From a virus (lineage: Duplodnaviria > Caudoviricetes): a stretch of DNA of 53,271 nt. The translations under genes and the position numbers were made by a program. The stretch covers positions 1-53,271 of the IMG/VR virus record IMGVR_UViG_3300032130_000001; one strand, 5' to 3'. Of the stretch, positions 47,301 to 53,271 are shown piece after piece. Position 1 is the first letter of the stretch. Each line of letters opens with the position of its first letter. The notes under the pieces are model-generated. The model was not told where the DNA came from and did not search any database. It saw only the letters and a list, made by a program, of their open reading frames with translations.

Positions 47301-50300
47301 GTTTCAACAAAAAATATTTCAGCAGATGAAAATTGGACTTGGAAAGGAATTGATGGATGGGTTTTAGATGATAGTGTTGAAACAGAAGAAACGGCTGATG
47401 GAAGACATATTGTAAGAGTTAAAACGATGAGATTGGATAGAGCGCACATTAGTGGTGGTGATAATGAGGGAGATGGAACCACTATGCACTATCTTCCATG
47501 TAGTCTATACAATGAATGGGAAGAAGTATCGTTTGATTTTGTAGTAAGTGAAGAGTTTAGTTTAGAAGATAACACGTGTTTACGAGTATACGGACATAAA
47601 GGTGATTACGGAACACTTTATGTTGATAGTATACGAATAGATTTACTTATGACTTCAGAAATGAGAGCATCAGTTGATGATACAGCATTATTGGCACCAT
47701 TAGAACTAGTAATTGATGAAGTTGTTGATTCTAATACTATTAGAGTACAGAACACTTACGAGGAAGCAGCGGAACAACAAGGATCTGTTCTTTCTAATTT
47801 TAGAGTTAATAAATATTCTACATTTGATAGAGGATTTGAAGTCGATTATGTTAGTGTTCCAGCTAGTGAAGATAATGTCTACGCAAGATACGAGGGAAAA
47901 GTTTTAGATGTTGTTAACGATGATGCACCAAAAAAGATTGTAGTTGATAAAACATATCAAGAATTTGGACAAGAAATAAATGCAATAATGTCAGGATCGG
48001 AAGCAGTTAACGCAACTACTGCATTTGAAGATTATTTTGTTAGATATCGAATAAATGATCCAGATAATTTATACACATATATGATTACTGGTCCTGATTC
48101 TAAAACGCTGATTACAAATTTTAAACCGGTAAATTCTGAAAATTATCCGGGATCAATAGCATATAAATTATTAGAACCACTTTCTGATGATTTTGAACCA
48201 CTAGACATGGTTTATATTGCAAAAGAAGTTACACCGTCGTTAACAGAAACTGTAGATTTAATACCGTTTTTAGATGAAAAAATATCAGATACAGTATTAA
48301 GGTTACCTAGATTTCAAGATTTAGAGTCTCCAATTAGAGAACGACAAACAGAATATTTATCTCATACTGATATTGTTGGAAACGGTAAATGGGTTAGAGA
48401 ACAATTAGAAAATAAATTATTAAGTGGAAGTCTTGAAACAGCAAAAATTAATGTAGATTACAGGCAATATAAAAACTTTGTACATTTTGGTTCAGCCGAA
48501 AAACGATTGTACAATATGAAAACAAAGCTTACTAATTTAGAATTGTATCAAAATTATAGTTCATCATTAACTGGAGATTTAAGTGGATCAGGATATTTAG
48601 GAAGTTCACAAGGGACTTCAGTTAGTGGATCTGCAGTTGATATTCAAAAATGGGAGGATTCAGCTAGAGAGGTTATTAATGCTTTTGATGATTTTGAAGA
48701 ATACATGTACGTTCAAAGTTCTTCATATATTACCAGTTCAATAGGAGAATTTTATGATAACGCTGCTCCTAAATTATCCGGTGATGGTACACTAACCAAT
48801 CCGTATCAGCTGTATTCAGTTTCTAGTTCTGTATTTACTACGTGGTACAGTGCTTCTCAAGTAACTGCTAAAGTTTATGATAGAAATAATGCAAATAGAT
48901 TGGTTAACTTATTACCAGAGCATATTTCTTATGATCAAACAAATAATCAATTCTTAACATTTATGGATATGATTGGTCATCATTACGATAATATTTGGTC
49001 CCATGTTGTTGCATTAACTGATGTACATGATAGAACAGAAGATGTAACTAAAGGAATTTCTCAAGCTCTAGTAGAACCGGTTGCAAAGGGATTTGGTTTT
49101 GAAATGCAAGAAGGAAGAGATCTTGTTAGATTACCTCAATATTATTTAGGATTACAAGAGTCCGGTTCTCAAACTGGAGTATTCAATGTTAGATGGAGTA
49201 AGAAATCTCAAAAAGATGTAACAAGAGAAATATGGAATAGAATTCTTGCATCGATGCCTTACATATTAAAATCTAAAGGTACCAAACAGGGATTAAAAGC
49301 AATAATTGCAGCGTATGGTATACCAACATCAATATTGAGAACGCAAGAATACGGTGGACCTAAGATCGCTGGAGAAAAAGATTACGAAATAAAACAAAGA
49401 TTTACAAAAGCATTAGACTTTCAGGGTGGTCAATATCTTGAAGCACCGTGGTATCATACTGGATTTGGACGAACACCAGATACAATTGAAATGAGATTTA
49501 AAACACCGTATGAAGTTGATACTGTGCTAGCGCAAAAGGTTAATTCTACGGATGGAATAGATGCTTCGATTTATATTACAAACGTAACAGCATCGGATGC
49601 TAAAGGTAGAGTTGAATTTGTAATGAGTAGTAGTGGTCATGGTGAATACAGTATGAGTTTAGGGGAATACTCTGTATATAACGATGAATATTGGTCATTA
49701 ATGTTAAGACGTAGAAGTACAATATCATCGTCAATATCAAGTTCTTATGATAGTATGCATGTTCTAACTGATGCTGATCCGTTAACTCAAAGTTTTGATT
49801 TATTCTTGGGTTATTATGATTCAGGAATAGATGAAGTTGTAGTTGCAAAATCTGCTAGCATGGATATATCAGGAAGTTTATTAGCAAATTATTATAGAAC
49901 AAGTAGTGTTGCCGGAGATGATAATTGGTATTTTGGTGGTAAGCGAAACGATGCTAGAAGAGGGTCTAGATTTTCTGGTTCGATGATGGAAATAAGATAT
50001 TGGGGAACACCGTTAACATCATCTGCATTTTATAACCATGTAGCGGCTCCAAAAGCAGTAAATGGAAATCATATTAGTTCATCGTATTATGATATGTCAT
50101 ATAGACTTTCATTAGATGATTACATTAATTTGAGTACTACTCCGTATGGTTTAAAAGATTATTCACTTACAGATGGTCAATTATATGCAACTGGATCTGG
50201 ATTTGCAAATGAAATTAATTTTAGTAATGTATCAGATAGACAGAAAGCATTTACTCCGGCAATTGGATTGGGAAAGAAATCTAATAAGATAAGAATTGAA

Positions 50301-51497
50301 GGTAGTATATTAAAAACTCCCGATGGATTACCAGCAGTTTTAAGTCCTACAGAAAGAGTTGAACTTGGTTCTTACGACTTAGCAGCAAATGATTCTAATA
50401 AGTTGGGAATATTCTTTGCACCGAGCGATGTTATAAACGAAGATATTATATTATCATTAGCAGATATGGATTTTGGTTCTTATCTTGGAGATCCTCGAGA
50501 TGATTTTGAAGAAGATTACTATTATGGAAGATTTAAACGAGTAGCAGATACATATTGGCAAAAATGGACAACAAAGCAGGGATTCTGGGATTATATTAAA
50601 TTGATCAAATATTATGATTTAAGTTTATTCGATCATCTTAGAAGAGCTGCGCCAGCTAGAGCTAAGAAAAATATTGGTCTTCTTATTGAACCAACAATAT
50701 TAGAACGATCTAAAGTTGTTGTGGGTGCTCCTCCATCCATGGAAGATTTAAAGAAAAGAGCCATATTAGATCTGACACATCGTTTTCCTGTTTCAGGTTC
50801 TCAGCAAAGATATAGAGGAATATTAGATTATATAGAATCGTATCAAGTAAGTGGATCTGATGTATTACAAAGAAATGGAATTTTAGATACAGATCTTGGT
50901 GGTGAAATAACAAGTACTAAAGAAATAAGAGAGGCTTTATTTCATTGGGATTCTACTCAACCTACCGGTAGTAATTTATTGGAATACGGAACAATACCAC
51001 TTCCTGGAACTGCAGTGACTGCATCTTCAGAACGTATTGATTTCGAAACTTCCGGTTCGGATGGAGTAATAGCAACAAATATTTCTAGCTTTAATTTTCA
51101 AACTTTACAGGAACCAGTAGATTCGTACAATGATTATAGTGGTTCGTCAATATCAACTGGTGGCGGGGATACTATTTTCTTTGAAGTATTACCGCCAAAT
51201 GTAACGGGTTCAAGATTGGCGAGATACAATCAAGATACTATTCCGTATTTTTCATCCAGTTTATCAGCATCTTATAATTTATCGTATTCATCTTCTTTAG
51301 AACAGAGTGAATATGAATCCGTGTATGATTCTCATACAGCATTAGAAAATTTAGCGTATAATGGATGTAAAGAGGATGGTTCAACTGTACCGTTTGGAGA
51401 ACAATTAAGTGTTGAAATTTTCGAAACTAATCCGTATCAAGTTAAGACTGATTCTACTGGTGGCACATATCTAGACACTGAATTAAAAGGTGAATAA
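44304..51497 (+). CDS. 2397-aa baseplate/tail protein with carbohydrate-binding-like and LamG-like domains
   Basis: NFVHFGSAEKR, FMDMIGHHYD, LKSKGTKQGLKAIIAAYG (baseplate wedge-like); TATGEWQRISHTF..AQLEQGSSMTPF (CBM-like); TIEMRFK..FSGSMMEIRYW (LamG-like). Confidence 0.75.
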   Translation: MPSSKTRRSTDIPKKLYDLIALPDANDYTTYRDGVQYPQFSGEGYTSVKWPDALFGLDPNDIIRINIYGNNNELIATEYVTHDKFESFINSSIPSHPAIVSLDAGKILRDLGYRRGRFHLTFDFMRIEAGGPFPLLVNGAERIFKGSFEETEGSIFAAEPHIDSETNEGDPLYVKENKFILQEISSGKDEVIVSPAFINDESYRERFRMAAYNCLNWFPEEGMTAGFPGITSNFITFNTGTNLPRNWVNGTIRINDAYFMGKRITPEETDVLVVEPEIDIESRRPNLLGDMNMDSLFGWAAHGSWPNAGVLLSDNGFGHRALFLDAVAEPNPAGQLAIRAIIQNTIHLDYESRHPSSLVGTNLSFNLKSFDCPVDLEGVTFTTSAYVNAPSGSIVRLRAHSGPWGISGNDAVSGPYTATGEWQRISHTFTLTNTSTRALQIRCQWDPRNAGIDPSQESSLGQYATWAGAQLEQGSSMTPFTRSQGFEDGTVEVAINGTIKFQDPDGVLMNAVFADGDDTFTPIMTGGTLKIHDAIAIDDLSEVTMFSDADIETIFEPTVIPKDGDEGKPGGFSPEGWDQELNGQAIAVRDENGDFIWSSGYNAFGSGNKWSNAGTAKHGYQAQWRKGKGVDGGPAMFFPDLNYQSYILEAMRAAALEEWSNPAKSWYLTRGLADPRFDNNTQLASWWPHRWMGIACGWNTIGALAAYGVKPGDTIKVSWMQKSAPVNFDQGGRKGAMIGLDHFLLDELTPPEPPVVEASEVYEMDKAIYEAMSEVNVFDIATDWFDPEEIVEGEYVNIRPDSGDTPEGFYVVSPSDYPEAKPPPPAHNSPGARSPSGIWLVTDLDEQERRGILDEIEELEREDYESGHFKEGAYIAQRAKLQQRLNSMNQGGSARKSWTLDGEVSSDFEWNQSQNQWILRVGVENRMVGEVRPGFVNINGALVESEAFGWRWNGSSWESNYVYLGNLGSTTTGLFRIVSHDGFLFEASNVSFYPSRDDWVSTKNISADENWTWKGIDGWVLDDSVETEETADGRHIVRVKTMRLDRAHISGGDNEGDGTTMHYLPCSLYNEWEEVSFDFVVSEEFSLEDNTCLRVYGHKGDYGTLYVDSIRIDLLMTSEMRASVDDTALLAPLELVIDEVVDSNTIRVQNTYEEAAEQQGSVLSNFRVNKYSTFDRGFEVDYVSVPASEDNVYARYEGKVLDVVNDDAPKKIVVDKTYQEFGQEINAIMSGSEAVNATTAFEDYFVRYRINDPDNLYTYMITGPDSKTLITNFKPVNSENYPGSIAYKLLEPLSDDFEPLDMVYIAKEVTPSLTETVDLIPFLDEKISDTVLRLPRFQDLESPIRERQTEYLSHTDIVGNGKWVREQLENKLLSGSLETAKINVDYRQYKNFVHFGSAEKRLYNMKTKLTNLELYQNYSSSLTGDLSGSGYLGSSQGTSVSGSAVDIQKWEDSAREVINAFDDFEEYMYVQSSSYITSSIGEFYDNAAPKLSGDGTLTNPYQLYSVSSSVFTTWYSASQVTAKVYDRNNANRLVNLLPEHISYDQTNNQFLTFMDMIGHHYDNIWSHVVALTDVHDRTEDVTKGISQALVEPVAKGFGFEMQEGRDLVRLPQYYLGLQESGSQTGVFNVRWSKKSQKDVTREIWNRILASMPYILKSKGTKQGLKAIIAAYGIPTSILRTQEYGGPKIAGEKDYEIKQRFTKALDFQGGQYLEAPWYHTGFGRTPDTIEMRFKTPYEVDTVLAQKVNSTDGIDASIYITNVTASDAKGRVEFVMSSSGHGEYSMSLGEYSVYNDEYWSLMLRRRSTISSSISSSYDSMHVLTDADPLTQSFDLFLGYYDSGIDEVVVAKSASMDISGSLLANYYRTSSVAGDDNWYFGGKRNDARRGSRFSGSMMEIRYWGTPLTSSAFYNHVAAPKAVNGNHISSSYYDMSYRLSLDDYINLSTTPYGLKDYSLTDGQLYATGSGFANEINFSNVSDRQKAFTPAIGLGKKSNKIRIEGSILKTPDGLPAVLSPTERVELGSYDLAANDSNKLGIFFAPSDVINEDIILSLADMDFGSYLGDPRDDFEEDYYYGRFKRVADTYWQKWTTKQGFWDYIKLIKYYDLSLFDHLRRAAPARAKKNIGLLIEPTILERSKVVVGAPPSMEDLKKRAILDLTHRFPVSGSQQRYRGILDYIESYQVSGSDVLQRNGILDTDLGGEITSTKEIREALFHWDSTQPTGSNLLEYGTIPLPGTAVTASSERIDFETSGSDGVIATNISSFNFQTLQEPVDSYNDYSGSSISTGGGDTIFFEVLPPNVTGSRLARYNQDTIPYFSSSLSASYNLSYSSSLEQSEYESVYDSHTALENLAYNGCKEDGSTVPFGEQLSVEIFETNPYQVKTDSTGGTYLDTELKGE

Positions 51498-51560
51498 AAT
51501 ACTTAGAGTAATATTTATAAACAAATGAGTTCTACGTAATAATTTTAGGAGAATATTAAA

Positions 51561-52238
51561 ATGGGATACCTCAATAATGCAACAACTGTCTTGGACGCGA
51601 TCCTCACGAAAAAAGGTCGAGAGTTACTAGCTCGCGGACAAAACGAGTTTAGTATCACTAAATTTGCTTTGGCTGATGACGAAGTTGACTACAGCCTTTG
51701 GGATCCCGGACATCCATTAGGATCTGACTACTATGGTCAGGTTATAGAAAACCTACCACTTCTGGAGCCTACTCCGGATACGAATACCATTATGCGATAT
51801 AAGCTAGTAACAAGAGCTGTTGGTACACGAAAAATGTCGACACTTCTTGGTATAGAATCTTCTTATACTGTGGAATGGAGTTCAGCGGGTAATGAAGCAT
51901 CAACTGCTGGTCCGATATCACCAACTACAACGAATGTTCCAAATGATGGAACAACAGATCCAGCTGGATATTCGTTTACTGTTCTTAATTCATCGATATC
52001 TTACTTGACATCTCCAAGTAATGATGGTGGAGTAGGTGGTGGCGGAAGCATTGATTATACAGCTTCTACACAAAATATTAGTCAAACTGTTTTTGGTAAT
52101 AGTGTTACTATTCATCCAAAAGCAATTAATGATCCAGGTGCGGCTGCCGATCCAACCACAACACTGATCGTCACTGGCCTTAGTTATGGAGCAACGTTTG
52201 CTTCAACTATCACTATAGGCTACGTAGACGAATCATAA
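51561..52238 (+). CDS. conserved virion structural protein
   Basis: MGYLNNATTVLDAILTKKGRELLARG..ITKFALADDEVDYSLW. Confidence 0.7.
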   Translation: MGYLNNATTVLDAILTKKGRELLARGQNEFSITKFALADDEVDYSLWDPGHPLGSDYYGQVIENLPLLEPTPDTNTIMRYKLVTRAVGTRKMSTLLGIESSYTVEWSSAGNEASTAGPISPTTTNVPNDGTTDPAGYSFTVLNSSISYLTSPSNDGGVGGGGSIDYTASTQNISQTVFGNSVTIHPKAINDPGAAADPTTTLIVTGLSYGATFASTITIGYVDES

Positions 52239-52255
52239 TATAAGGAAACTTGCCG

Positions 52256-53271
52256 ATGGCGTTTCTAGATAATACTTCACTCATAGTAGATGCGGTGCTA
52301 ACAGATAAGGGACGAGAAATGTTAGCTAGTAATTCGTTCAGCATCGTTAAGTTTGCTTTGGGTGATGATGAAATTGATTATACAATGTACGATGAGTCCA
52401 ACTCTAATGGACCCAATTTTTATGGTATATCAATTGAGAATATGCCAATATTAGAATCATCTACATATTCAGATACTGCGTTAAAGTATAAGTTAACAAC
52501 CTTAAAACCAACAACAAAGCAACTTCCAGAAATGGGAGCTAGTGTTCCATTGACTATATCGTTAACTGGAGATGGAGCAGTTAGTGCAGATTATGCTATG
52601 ATTTCTCCATCAACTTTAAGGTTTGATGAAGATGAAGAATATATGTTTGAACTTCAAGATGATTCATTTGTTGATTTAATACTTGGTGATTACGCAGATC
52701 AAGTTAAAAAAGTTGCTCATAAAGTAATATTTGAACAATTAACTATTGATGGTGATCCTGTTCCTAAAGATGCTTATCAAAGCATTTTATTTGGGGCTAA
52801 GAAAACTCCTCTACCACTGAAAAGAAGTGAGCAAGATTTATTTGCAGATTTATATAAATTTTATATTCCACCAAATAAATTTGGTGATATAACAGTTTCA
52901 GCAGTTAGAGCAGAAGGTGAACTTTATTTTAAAGGAGTTTCCGGTCCAACACAGCTTATAACATCAGAAAATTTAATCTATTCAGAAGCAGGAATTGTAG
53001 TTAGTGTTGAAGGTGCTGGTATAATTTCTCTTGGTTTAACTGATTCCAGTGGAAAGGGTACAACAGATGAAGGCGATGTACCAGCTTCCGAAGGTGAAAT
53101 AGTATTTGCTACAATTTTAAAAGAGAATAGAAAAATATTAGTTGAAAAAGAAAAGGGCGGATTTAAAGCATTAGGAATCGCAGCAAATAGTAAAGTAATT
53201 GTAACGTATACAACTAAAGGTAAAGTACAAAGCATTACTATGTATGCACAATCAATAAATGCACAGAAAAC
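52256..53271 (+). CDS. paralog of the upstream structural protein; runs off the window end (not in track)
   Basis: MAFLDNTSLIVDAVLTDKGREMLASNSFSIVKFALGDDEIDY...; AAGGA RBS. Confidence 0.8.
   Translation, partial: MAFLDNTSLIVDAVLTDKGREMLASNSFSIVKFALGDDEIDYTMYDESNSNGPNFYGISIENMPILESSTYSDTALKYKLTTLKPTTKQLPEMGASVPLTISLTGDGAVSADYAMISPSTLRFDEDEEYMFELQDDSFVDLILGDYADQVKKVAHKVIFEQLTIDGDPVPKDAYQSILFGAKKTPLPLKRSEQDLFADLYKFYIPPNKFGDITVSAVRAEGELYFKGVSGPTQLITSENLIYSEAGIVVSVEGAGIISLGLTDSSGKGTTDEGDVPASEGEIVFATILKENRKILVEKEKGGFKALGIAANSKVIVTYTTKGKVQSITMYAQSINAQK

Noticed and set aside
44304-51497. Intein in the giant protein
   Set aside because: No intein N-terminal block, HN-C/S/T junction or LAGLIDADG motif was recognised.
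1-53271. Genome-wide stop-codon reassignment (TGA or TAG)
   Set aside because: Long ORFs are intact under code 11, and many genes end in TGA (ATGA overlaps) or TAG. Only 4594 interrupts a recognisable domain.

Overview
Segment of a large tailed-phage genome, most likely a T4-superfamily-like myovirus or 'huge phage'. It is AT-rich apart from a GC-richer stretch at about 5.3-10.2 kb, essentially all genes are on the + strand, and it uses the standard genetic code. From left to right it holds: a vWA protein, a class-3 lipase, a methyltransferase, and a secreted redoxin-TSP3-dockerin gene whose catalytic motif is W-TGA-P-S-C followed by a SECIS-like hairpin (probable phage selenoprotein). Next come an HTH protein, a MoxR-type AAA+ ATPase and highly structured intergenic RNA candidates. 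A putative DNA hypermodification cluster follows (SGNH hydrolase, 2OG-Fe(II) oxygenase, PLP enzyme, variant ThyX, aGPT-Pplase1-like protein, with a second such protein at 29.5 kb), then a glycosyltransferase/methyltransferase/oxygenase cluster containing a Popeye/cNMP membrane protein. Further right are hsp20 behind a sigma54 promoter, tRNA-Gly(TCC), a peptide deformylase-SEC-C fusion, a tmRNA with a 36-aa tag, 3D and HD proteins, a gp55-like sigma factor and a baseplate/virion module. Two promoter-like motif families recur. All family calls come from motif recognition by eye; no searches were run.
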